Below, in pieces: positions 26,160 to 39,496 of a stretch of 64,000 nt of DNA. This DNA comes from Octopus bimaculoides. Lineage: Eukaryota. Within the stretch, counting starts at the first letter, position 1, and every line of letters begins with the position of its first letter. A program made the translations under genes and the position numbers. The notes under the pieces were generated by a model. It made no database searches. It saw only the letters and a program-made list of their open reading frames with translations, and was not told where the DNA came from. The DNA lies in assembly GCF_001194135.2 (NCBI RefSeq), contig NC_069005.1:22388656-22452655 (forward strand), in the 5' to 3' direction.

Positions 26160-27064
26160 CATACCCATTGTACTATAGGGGTTTTAAGACAATATAGACT
26201 CCAAACTTGAGAAGAGTATCAGACAGGATAAAATCTATACATGGGGTTTTGAGGGTATTAAAAAAATTGAAAATGCAAAAATATTTAAAGAATACAGCAA
26301 CAACAAATAATCAAATAAAACAAAAGCAAATACAAATAAAGAAAAAAGCAACTATTTAAAATGATTGCATGCATACCATTGTCATCAAAGTGTTCGGGCA
26401 AGTGACTACCCAAAGGTGGGGTCCGGTAAGAAGAGGAGGAGGAAGAGGAGGAAGCAGAAGAAGAAGGTGGCGACCTGTAACCCTTCGGAGAAGCAGAGCC
26501 GGCGGAAGACGACAGAGTGAAAACAATGGCTTTGTCACTGGCAATAGAAGTGAAGCTGCTGTATCCACCAGCAACGGCACCGCCAATGCCGACACCACTG
26601 TCATCCTCGCCACCATCGTCCATGCTATCACCATCACTACTGCTACCACTGCTCAAATTTTCGAGCATTGCTTCACAACTGTTATATGCTGACATCATAG
26701 CCTTCAGTGTGCCGCGTTTCGGACCTATGTACACAGGAGAAAAGCAGAATTTTTTTTGTCTTGTTTGTTCTTTTTTTTTTTTTTCAGAAGAAAAACTGAC
26801 CTTTCAGTTCTGTTAATTAAGAAATATAATTACAACCCAATAATAAGTATTTCATTGATGCTTAATTAAGGTGCATATTGCAAGTGTGTTTGCATACATG
26901 TATGTATATGTTTATATTGCATGTGTGTTTGCATACATTTATGTATATAAATGTATATACATGTATGTATATGTTTATATGTATGTGTGTGAACCTCTGT
27001 CTATGTGAATATGCACATTTACCTTTGTAATTGTGTATATGTGTGCCTCTGAGTATGTGTATAC

Positions 27065-27098
<34 letters not shown>

Positions 27099-28293
27099 AT
27101 GCATGCATAATAACCACATCAATATTTTTTACAATATCAACATTTGTACAAAGTTTCAGTTGGTTTGAAATGCTAGTCACGATCAGTTGTCTTAATCCTA
27201 ACTATGTGTACACAAATCCTGACTGGATCATAAGCCTAGATATGTATAAATGGTTCCTGACTGGATCACAATCAAATGTCTTAATCCTAGATATGTGTAC
27301 ATGGTTCCTGACTGGATCGTAATCAGGTGTCTTAATTCTGGATAGGTGTACAAGATTCTTAGACTGGATTCAAACCAAATGTTCAAGATTAGCTATCATT
27401 AATATTGTTGTTGTTGGCACTCCGTCGCTTACGACGTCGAGGGTTCCAGTTGATCCGATCAACGGAACAGCCTGCTTGTGAAATTAACGTGCAAGTGGCT
27501 GAGCACTCCACAGACATGTGTACCCTTAACGTAGTTCTCGGGGATATTCAGCGTGACACAGTGTGACAAGGCTGACCCTTTGAATTACAGGCACAACAGA
27601 AACAGGAAGTAAGAGTGAGAGAAAGTTGTGGTGGAAGAGTACAGCAGGGTTCGCCACCATCCCCTGCCGGAGCCTCGTGGAGCTTTAGGTGTTTTCACTC
27701 AATAAACACTCACAACGCCCGGTCTGGGAATCGAAACCGCGAACCTATGACCGAGAGTCTGCTGCCCTAACCACTGGGCCATTGCGCCTCCACCATTAAT
27801 ATTATAATTTCCCAAACTCATTTCTTACAGTGCACATCTAAATGCAATCAAAGATCTAGTAGTACATATAATCATCATCATTTAACGACCATTGTCCATG
27901 CTGGCATGGGTTGGACAGTTTGAGCAGAGCTGGCAAACTAGAGCCCTGCACCAGGTCCCAGTCTGATTGGCCGTGGTTTCTACGGCTGGATGCCCTTCCT
28001 AATGCCATATATATTCATATATAATGTAAGAACATACTGCATATTTAGATATGCACCAGTTTATTGCAAGGGTGCAGTTTGGTAATCTAGGGATGCTGCC
28101 CCCTCTCTCTACTGTCCGGTAGGCTCCACTGAGAATGACAACAAAGAAAACAATGTGAAGTAGACCAAAACAGACATTTGTTTACCTGCAGCTATTAATG
28201 GTGTGCATCCCAACACAGTGGTGGGGTAACAAGGGGTGGTTAACAAGGCTACTGCTGCTGCTGATATTTTGTGTCTATGTGTGTGAGAGAGAT

Positions 28294-28328
<35 letters not shown>

Positions 28329-28383
28329 GTAATACTATAAAATACTATGTGTGTAATACATAACCATCGAGTAGTATCTAGGG

Positions 28384-28432
<49 letters not shown>

Positions 28433-28690
28433 GCATGAGCTACATGATATTGTGCAAAAAAAATGTGTGCCTGATGCATGAGCTATGTGATGCTATGAAA
28501 TATACTGCATGCGTGTATGTTACATGAGCTGTCTAACAATATGTAGAGCATTACCAGGTGTCTGTGTTTGTGTGTAAATCAATAAAGAAAATTTTTCAGC
28601 AAAGTATTTAAAATCATAAAGAAAGAAAGATGAAAAAAGACAAAGTAGACATTGTGGATAGAAATGATAAAAATATGAAATTAAAAAACA

Positions 28691-28734
<44 letters not shown>

Positions 28735-29528
28735 TAGCAAGAGAAGAAAAGACTTTTGGAATACATACCAAAAGGTTATAAGAATGAAATGAAGTGAAAA
28801 GGGGGTTGGAGACAGATTTAGTCTTGGGAAGGTATTTAACAAGAGGTTAGTGGAAGGGTAGAGTTAATATTTTGAAGGAGAGATAAGAAGGAAAAAAATA
28901 ACCATCACCAAAGAACAGTGAAAGTAGAAAAAGTAAGACACAAGGGGCAGAAAGGTATGGGGGTTTAAGTTGACAGGAGAGAACTGTGTTTTCTAAATTG
29001 GTTACTTTATTAGAAACTACAGATATTTTACTTAAGTAGTTATTAACTACTTTACAAGTAGTTAATAGCTACTTGTAAAGTCAATTGCCAATTTCATCAC
29101 AAATACAACTTTGGTAGGATTTGAACTTGCAACACATGTGGAGCTAAACACTCAACTTTGCTGGACCATGTTATGGTGGATCTTGGGATTAATTAATAGG
29201 ATTTGTTTAATGGGTTTTCAAGGTGAAGATTAGACCTTGAATCAAAACTGCCAAACATTACAGTGGCAAATAATGAACTAAATATTTCTCAACTCATAAA
29301 ACAGGGAGACCAGTCAATTGATTTTTATTGGCTCTCCACTTTTGATCTAGAAAGAAAACAGAACCAGTCTTTGAAAGAATATACATGAGCATGTGTGTGT
29401 ATCTGTGTGTGTTTGTTTTTGATTGCTACAAAAGGAAATGGGACCCAACTATACCATAACGGAAACGGATATATTTCTCTAGAGACTGTGGTACTTTTCT
29501 AGGAATATATAACAACAACAATGATAAT

Positions 29529-29568
<40 letters not shown>

Positions 29569-30539
29569 GTAATTTGGCAGTACCCCACCTCCGGTAGACA
29601 ACATCTTCAATTAACAACATCATGATATTGGATACTGTATTACATCTTAAACAACAATAATAATAATAATTGCTTCAAATTTTGGCACAAGTCCAGCAAT
29701 TTTAGTGTGAAAGAGGTTAATTGATTACATTGACCTCAGTACTTGAGTGGTACTTTATTTTATTAACCCCAGAGGGATGACAGCCAAAGTTGACTTCAGC
29801 AGAACTTGAACTCAGAACGTAAAGAGATGGAACAAATATTACAAATCATTTTGTCCACGTTCTAATCACTTCTGCCAGCTCACCATCGTCACCTCATAAT
29901 TGTTTCTGATTTCAGCACAAGGTCAGAAATTTTGAGGGGAGGGGTTAGTCAATTAAATCAACTCCAGTAATTGACTAAGTACTTTATTTTATTGACCCTG
30001 AAAGGGATGAAGAAGACAAAGCCAACCTTGGTATATTTATAAACTAAGTATGTGCTGCTGTAGAGGAGACACAGAACCTATAAGCAGCCACGGAGGGAGA
30101 CATATAATTAATTTCATAAACTCCAGTATGCAGCTGGTACTTATTCTATCAACACTCATAGAAAAAGAGAAAGAGGAGGCAGGTTAAACTTTGCCAGAGG
30201 TGTGAACTTAGAACAAAAGAGCTGAAACTCTATACCGAGAAACATTAGATCTCATGTTGCAATGATTTTGACACTCGACAGGAAAGCGATTAATTATAGT
30301 AATAATGACGTGTAACAGAGGCAGAAGGTCTCAAAAGGGATGAAGGGAATAACTGTTTTAACCAACCCTAAAATTAGTAAGTAATTAAAGATTAATTAAA
30401 CAATAAACACACCTAAAATACCAAAACAGCACTAATTAAAGCAAATTACAATTATATAATTAGTCTCAGAAATCATTATCATCATGTATAAACATACACA
30501 TTTTCATATATATTTATAAATGCATATATTTGTGAGTGA

Positions 30540-30570
<31 letters not shown>

Positions 30571-31194
30571 CAAGCATATATACATATATGTACAAAAATA
30601 AGTTTTTGATAATCAAATAAAAATATTTCTTTTCTGCAGGATTTTCTTTTTTCTTTTTGCAAAACTGCACAAGTTTGGAACAGAATTGCAACAGAAACTG
30701 TAATAAAGCATGTACACATTAATGAAGCAGTGGCTAGCAGCATGCAGACTACAAAATAGAAGGCAGAGTGGTGCAAATGGGAGGTAACAGAGCAAAGGGA
30801 AATTAATGAAGAAGCAGCATGCAGCTGATGACAGCACCATACAGAGAAAAAATGGGGAGAGAAACAGCAAAAGATTAAACACCACACCACACCATACACA
30901 CACACACATACACATTGTTTGAAACTGAAGACACACTGTTGCTACTCTCGAAGTTTTCTCTTCTCGTTCTTGTGTTCGACCCAGTAATGTAAAGTAGCAA
31001 AGAATGTGGATGGGGGTAGAGAAAGAAACAGAAAAAGAAGAGCAGCCACTTTTGAGACCTGGCTGAAATGCATACAGACGAGAGTAGGACATTCAGAAAA
31101 GCAACAGAGTGAAATGTATCTTCAAATTCAAACAAATAAATAAATACACCACTACATGTATTGAGTACTTCTTTCTCTCCCATTTGTACACCCA

Positions 31195-31232
<38 letters not shown>

Positions 31233-32904
31233 AATTGTTTTAACAGTGGAACTCAAACTAGACAAGGTTACAAATAATAGCATGTAGAATATTGGTTAAA
31301 ATCCCTTTGGACACAAAAGTCGAAATCCTGTGGGACCTGAAACTACATCTGTGGTCATGACAAATCTAGGGCAGCCTTTGACTCCAAGGGGTTTTTAACC
31401 CAATATCCTACATGCCATTATTTATAGATCTATTCTGAGTTCCACCATTAAAACAATTTATTTCATATCTCTCGAAGTTTCTAAAAAGCAATTATATATA
31501 TANNNNNNNNNNNNNNNNNNNNNNNNNNNNNNNNNNNNNNNNATATACAGCCTGATTTGGCTTCATATCAAAAGAGGGAAAGTGAGGGGTCAAAGAGAAA
31601 AAAGGGAAAATGGAAAAGGAGAAGTGAAACTTGTTTTAATATAATAACAGTTTTCTAGCTTCAGCGCAGTGTCAAAATTTGGGGCTAAGTATATGAACAA
31701 TCTTGGCACTTGAAGGCAGCAAAGTGATAGAAATGATACAGCGTCAGAAACAAAAATAATACCTCATGGTATTTAGTTATGTCCTTTAAGTTCTGAGTTC
31801 AAATCCCACTGGAGTTAATAAAATGAAGTACCGATTAAGTATTGGAGGGATGGGGCAGGGAAACTGTAATTGGTTTGCAAGTTGTGTTAAAAAATTTTGT
31901 GCTAATGAAAATTAACCCTTTAGCATTCATATTACTTTGTCAAATGTCTTATATATCAATTCACATTGTTTTGACTTAATCATACATTATCTTGTAGCTT
32001 TGAGATTTCAATGGTGCATTTATATATTTTTAGAATGACATTGTAGGGTAGGTGAGAGAGGTTGGATCTGGACAGTTTTAACATAAAACACATAGAATAT
32101 TTGCGCCAGATATGGCTGGTTTCAATGCTAAAGAGTTAGAATAAACACACACACTGGTTCAAAGCCACTTCTTTATTTAACCAACTAAATGTCCAATGGT
32201 TTGTTTAATGTGTTAATAGGGACAATCAATCAGTCGTTTGTTTTCTCTCTCAGAGTCCTTTCATTGCTATTCACAACCTCATCCATGACAGGTCCTTACT
32301 CTTCATTGATGGGGTTGTGAATAGTAATGTAAAGATTCTAACAGGGAGAACTAACAACTGATCAATTGTTAAATAAACACATTAAACAAAGCATTGGATA
32401 GTTAGCTGGTAAAATAAAGATGTGGTATTGAACCAGTGTGTGTTTATTTTAATTTTCATTGGCATTATGACCCTTCCTGGACACAACAATAAAACTATCC
32501 TCAACAACACCTCATCACAAAATTTGAAGCATTGCTGTATCCATGTTAGACATCAGTATGCATTATAATACATATGTTTGTTTGAAGGTTAAGATACTTC
32601 ATCACCTTGAGGAGAAACTTAGCTTAGATCTTCCATTTAGCCTGCTGACTTTCTTGAACACTATTACAATATATCATCATTTTCCCATCCAGGCTTACAC
32701 GGGTTGGACAGAAGTTGCTGAGGAAGATTTTCTACAGGTGGATGCCCTTCCTGTAGCCAACTGTCACCTTTCTTCAAGTAAGGTAATATTTCACCATGGC
32801 AAGACATGTTTTCATAGAAGATTGGAAACGAAGGATATTGCCTGCCTGATAGTGACACTTGTTTGCAATCATCATGCAAAGCCAAGGAGACATGTGTGTG
32901 TGAG

Positions 32905-32960
<56 letters not shown>

Positions 32961-32965
32961 CACAT

Positions 32966-32998
<33 letters not shown>

Positions 32999-35900
32999 AT
33001 TTTATTTCTAAAGCACTTGAATAAACTATATAAATAAAAATAAATAAATTATGAAATAAATAAAATAAATAATGCAATAATTGAAATAAAATAAATATAT
33101 GAATTAAATGTTACTAAAATTATATAACAAATTAGACATACCTCCCAATATAGGTAAATTCCAAAATAATAATAGAGGATAATTTAAAATTAAAACTATG
33201 TATAGTGTAATTACCCCCCTTGGTACTAATCACCTATAAATACCCATAGTTCCCTGCTATCTTCTTCCTGAAATCACCATTTTGGTACCAGCAAAAAAAG
33301 TTAGATATGTATTTGAATTTTTCTTGTTATATATCAAATTTAAACACAGACATTTTTATTCTGATGTTTTATCTTATATCTCACATTCTATATTTGACAA
33401 ATACTTGATTTTACATGATTGATATATATATAAGAATTCATATTTATAATGTATAATTTATAAATTTTAATTCTTAATATTACAAAGTATAAATTTTAAT
33501 TCTTAATATTACAAAGTATAATTTTTATTCTTAATTTCTAATTCATATTTTTTAATCTTTAATGCTTAATTGTATTGTTTATTTTAAAGGGATGTAAAAT
33601 TAGATATATAATATTTTGAAATAGAGCCTGAAGAGATGTTGGAATAATTGTAACTCTGATAATTGCATATATGTATTTATATATGTACATATATAGGTAT
33701 ACAGTTGTGTATATGTATATATATTGTAATCTTCCAATACTGAAACATGTAGTTCCTTCATATTTAGTTTAATAAATATAAGTATCAACTAAAGTATGAT
33801 ATAATTAACAAAGTACATTATATATCCTGCTGGTAATTTTGGTTCTTTCATGATGTGCAAACTGATACCATGAGTTTACTGTCACATATACTCATTCAGT
33901 CATTTTTGTATTATCCGAAATAGAATCCCCGCATATTGATTAATCCCCAAAAATTGAATATTGACTAGCGAATGCTAGGACCAAAAATGTGGTTTATCAA
34001 TTTAAGGTAACGACTAACACAGAGGTCTCGCATTATATTGGTTGCTCTTCAACGCAGGTCTCTAAGATAATCTCCAGTCATTATACATCCTTTAGGAACT
34101 GCAATAAACAATCCTCTTTGGAATGGTCAATACTGGCTACCTCAATATCCTACGACAAGGGTAAAGATTTTTTTTCCTCTCTGTAACTTGGAGCTATTCC
34201 ACATTCTGTTCTCCAAGAATAATTTAGTGAACCAGATAACACAGAGAGCATACAGATGCCAGCATTGGAGGAAACACACCTTCAGCTCGTTTCATTTATT
34301 TCATCCTTTTTACTAATTTTAGTTATTATTATTTTTTTCACCTACCAACATACTTGACAGCCACTTTGCATGTGATATGAACAATCACTCAACTTTGTAT
34401 TTATTTTTATTTAACTTTAGACAATAACAATAATAGTAATAATGATAATAATAAATTAATTTTTACATTTATAATAATAATAATAACAACAATCATATCT
34501 AACTCCAATGCCAGTTGTTTACACTCTTTCTCCTTCTCTAGTTGGTTCAGCAAGTTTATCCCGAAAAATTATATTTGTAGAGTTTTAAGTATACTTGTAT
34601 AGTTACGTACATACTATCGATTTTGTTATCGTAAGCATGTTTATTCTTATTATTTCATTACTTTTATAGTTTTGTACCTTGTATTGCCATTTATTTAGGC
34701 TAATTACAGTAGCTTAATATGATACAGTATTATGGTTAATTAATTATATTTACAATCCATCTTTAATTTTCCTTCATTATATACGTCTATTTACACAATG
34801 AGTAGTATATAAAGAATTCATTGGAGTCTCTCCTTTTCTCCTTTATCATCATTATTAACTTTTAGATTTTTCTGCGGTTCATTATGTCTTCTTTTAATTT
34901 AAACTCTTAGTATAGCGTTCATAGCCTCTCTCCCTAAACAGCTCCCTGTAAACTAGCGTTCTTGTTTCTAACGGTCATTTAACTTAGCTATATAGTGGTA
35001 TTACTCGTACGTAACCTTAGCATTTAGCGCAAGTCTTGCATTTGAAATATGGTTCCCTGATGATGAATTTATGTGCATATTCCAGCATCTCTCACTTCTT
35101 TGGAGTAGAGTACACATAATTTTTGAAACATATGTAGGAATTAAAGGAACTTATTGATTATATGCGTTTTGCTCCATTTATCTTAATTCTTTATAAATAT
35201 ATATATACATATAGTAGGCCTCCGTCAGTCATGGCTGACCATGGATGATGTCAACTGTCTGTCGAGTTGTCTATTCAGTTTTTGCAATGCCTCCTGTGGC
35301 TGTAGAGACCGATGCAAAAGTGGCAGTCTCGTTTGCAGAGGTCACACCTATACGTTGAATCAGGTCTGTTGGTTGTCATTCCTTTTCTGCAGGCTTAGTT
35401 TTCAGCTGCCACCACCCTCAAATTCTCTTCGTGGGTCTGCAGTTGTTTGTGAAAAGTGCCTCTCCAGCTGGTTCGGTCGGCTGCGAGATCCTCCCAGGAA
35501 TTGGTGTTGATGTCAAGTGCCTTCATATCCCTCCTGCACACGTCCCTGTACTTCAGCCTCCGACACATACTTGTAACCAATACTGACGTTCTGTCTCGTG
35601 CTGGCCTCCCCACCATGCTCACCTTGCTAAGACAATGTCAGCTGCGCTGGCTTGGCCACGTTCGCCGTATGAAGGATGGTTGAACCCCAAAGGATGTCCT
35701 TTTCGGAGAGCTTGTTGCAGGGCAGAGAAATATTGGCCACCCAAAGCTGAGGTACAGGGACATGTGCAGGAGGGATATGAAGGCACTTGGCGCATATATA
35801 NNNNNNNNNNNNNNNNNNNNNNNNNNNNNNNNNNNNNGCATACACACACCACTCTCTCTCTATAATTCATTGTTCAATATGTTACTTATGTATACTTGCA

Positions 35901-38900
35901 AGACCTACGGAAATTTTAGTCTTTGTAAATATTATTTCAATTGTAAATGATTACATTCTTGTTTTTAATTTGTAGATCTCCATGGCATGGTTTCATTAGG
36001 CTAAAGATCTCAATTATGTCTTCAATTTCTTTCCAGAGCTAAGTGTAACATTCAAAGACATATAATGACATGCAGAATAATATTATGAGAAGAAATTACC
36101 ACTCTCTAATTAAACTACTAAATTAAACCAAAATATTTTGTCTCGGTTGTTTGTTTATTTATCTATTTATTCACAACACATTCTTGTACAGTTTTTAAAA
36201 TTTCATTCTCACTGCTCACTACTTCAGAGTAAAGGCTTGAGTGTTAATGGATGCTGTTTCATTAATGCCTTTCCTCCATGGGAATGAGTAATACAGGTGA
36301 TGTTAATCAGCTCTCCAGAAGTTTCTTTCCTATTCTTGGCTCCCTGCCCACTTTTATGTTATTTATCTTTCATGTTTTGTTTGGGGCACTGCTTTCAAGA
36401 ATTTAGCCAAATGGAATTCACCCAAATACTTTCTTTGAAGCCCAGTAATTATTCTATTGGTCTCTCTTATTAAATTGGTTGTCAAACGGTGGTGGAGGAC
36501 AAACACACGCACAACAGGCTTTTTTCAGTCCCATTCACCAAATCCACTAACAAGGCTTTGGTTGACTTAAAGGTATAGTAGAAGATGCTTGCCCAAGGTG
36601 CCACACAGTGGAACTGAACCTGGTACCATATGGTTGGGAAGCAAGCCTCTTACCACACAGCCATGCATGCAATTGAGGAAATTGAAACAAAATACCTTGA
36701 AACTGAATAACAATAATAATAGTTTCTAATTTAAGCACAAGGCCACCAATTTTTGTGGAGAAGAGAGTTGTTGACAGGTAATCTATTTTATTAACCCTGT
36801 AACAATGAAAGGAGTAAATCAACCTTGACCAGCTTTAATCTCAGAAAGAGACAAAAGAAATACAAGGCATTTACCTGATGATATTTAACAATTCTGCCAG
36901 TCTACCATGATAATGATAATAATAATAATAATGATAATAATAATAATAACAACAACAATAATAACACAGTAGTTGGAAAAGATAGGCATACAAATGAAAA
37001 TAGAGCATATCCAGAAAGCAGTGTTACTTGGCATTGCAAAGAGTCTCCACAATGTCCTTGAGACTTAAACAAAACATACCACCTTAGTTCATGAGAAGCG
37101 AACAGCTGGTACATTAATGATATCTCCAGCAACAAGCTGGATATGCTAGGCATGATGATGATGGTGGTAATGGTGATGACGATGATGACAACAACAGATA
37201 TTTTTTTAAAGAAATTAATAATAAAACTGTGATGTTGGTGAAGTTTTATGGTGACTGTAGGGGTGGTATTGATGACAACGATGGTGACTTCAGTTAATTA
37301 GGGAGGTAAAGGAGAAATGGATGGAGATAGCAAGATCAATCACCAACAGCAGCATGCTAGCGTTTACATATGTGACTGAGGAACCCACAGCAGGACAAAT
37401 TGGGAGGTTGCACCAACAAAGCTTAAACAAGCTTGTTGAACAAGTAAATATGAAACTGAATGTTGTAATCTGGCATGCTACCATTGTTTCAGTTATGATG
37501 ATGATGATGGTGGTGGTGATTATGATGGTTGCAATGGCAACAGCAATAAGACAATGATCACAAAGGACAATGAGAACAACGATCTGTTTCCAATTAGTGT
37601 GCCAGAAAAGGCAGCCAGGTAAGATAGCTTCCCAACCACATGGTTCCAAGTTCAGCCTCACTGTATGACACCTTGGGCAAGTGTCTTTTACTATATAGCC
37701 TCAGGTTAACCAAGGCCTTGTGAGTGCATTTAGCAAACAGAACCTGAAAGAAGCCTGTATATATGTATGTAAGTAGTAAGGTAAGGTCATTGGTGAGTAG
37801 GAAAGGGTACCCTGCAGTATTCTGGCTCTCTGCAACCAGTTCAAATTTTGTTATGGTTAGCTTACAGTGAGGGATCAGTAAACAAAGGGGTTGATTCTCT
37901 TGAGTTTTCTCTCAACCACAATCAAATGTGTTGTGCTGTGAAAAGGGCCATGGAGGATCAATTCCTGCATCCCATTCATTCTCCAGAAATCAAAAACAGC
38001 AACTGTACAAGAAGTTAGCAATCATTTCCCAAAGTAAACCTCATTTATTGCTGAAATCAACCATGGACTGCAATAGTGAAGCACAGAATTACAGAACTGT
38101 TAGTGTGTCAGGGCTATTTTGTTTTTCAAACAATCATTATAAACAAGTAAATATACAATAAACAAACTAACACACACACCATGGGTACTTATTTCACTGA
38201 AAGAAAATCTGAGATCAGAATTGAGAAGAGAGACAACTCCAGATTTAGTCAGCTATTATATTTATGGATCTTAGGTATGATGATGATGAGGAGGAGGAGG
38301 AGGAGGATGTTGCCTAGTTCCAGATCAGCTCACTGGCTTAGAGTGAAACAACGTTGAGCTGACTTGTGATCAAAAGGCATTCTCTAGCTATGGCTATGCC
38401 ATCTTATTCAGGCATAATGTATACAAATATCCAAGGCTGCCTTTTATTTTTTTTTTTTTAAATACTAAAAGTTGGGTGAGGTGGAATTTGAAAAAAAAAT
38501 GTGGTTGGTATTTCCAGCAAATGGGCCAACCATGAGAGGTACCAATATCTGACAAGTGATTGTTATAATGACAGTTAAAATGGCTGATGATGACGACGAC
38601 AGTTGAGGGAAGGAAACAATGATGCTATCAATATTGACCATGATGCTACAATGACAATTACAATGATGATTATGATGACAACAATGACAGGTGAAGAAGG
38701 GAACCAAGATGCTGCCAACGTGACTATGATGACAATTACAATGCCCTGTGATGATGACAACGACTACAATGACAGGTGGGGAAGGGAACAATGATGCTGC
38801 CAATGCTGACGATGATATTGACACAAAAACGATGACAATGATGACAGCGACAGTGATGACTTGTTATACTTCTGTAAGAGGGGAAATTCAATCAAGCAAG

Positions 38901-39445
38901 CAAATATATTGGTTGGTACAACCAATATATTAGTTTCAAATTTTGGCACCAAGCCAGAAAGTTGGGGGTGAGGGGATAAGTCAATTACCTTGACCCCAGT
39001 ACTCAACTGGTACTTATTTTATCAAACTCGAAAGGATGAAAGGTAAAGTTGACCTCAGCAGTATTTGAACTCACGACGTAGAGATGGATGGCATTCCACA
39101 AAGCACTTTGCCCAACGTGCTAACAATTCTGCCAGCTTGCAGCCTTATCCACCAATATATTGACCAGTAGTTGTTACACTGACATCTGACCATTACCTCA
39201 TGCTAGTATGAACAAGGTAAAATCTTACACCAGGTGGGGGTGGGACAGACAGAGAGAAAGAGAGCTGACATTTGTTCCTTACACTTCTTTTGGTCAAGGA
39301 ACCAGAATAATGTATAACATGATGATTATTATTATTTGCAAGATGATAATGATGATGATATCAATAAATAATAATTAAAGAAAAAAATAATGTGGGAAAA
39401 AAAATTAATGTAATTCATTAAAAAAAACCCCACTTTCTTTTCTCC

Positions 39446-39496
<51 letters not shown>

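Noticed and set aside
26369-26816. Plus-strand ORFs antisense to exon E4
   Set aside because: Shadow frames of a GC-rich, low-complexity coding exon, with no recognisable domain.
27700-27793. tRNA gene (also at 13.5 and 56.5 kb)
   Set aside because: The A/B boxes belong to SINE heads fused to about 300 bp of shared body, a (CAA)n tail and TSDs. No acceptor-stem closure is evident.
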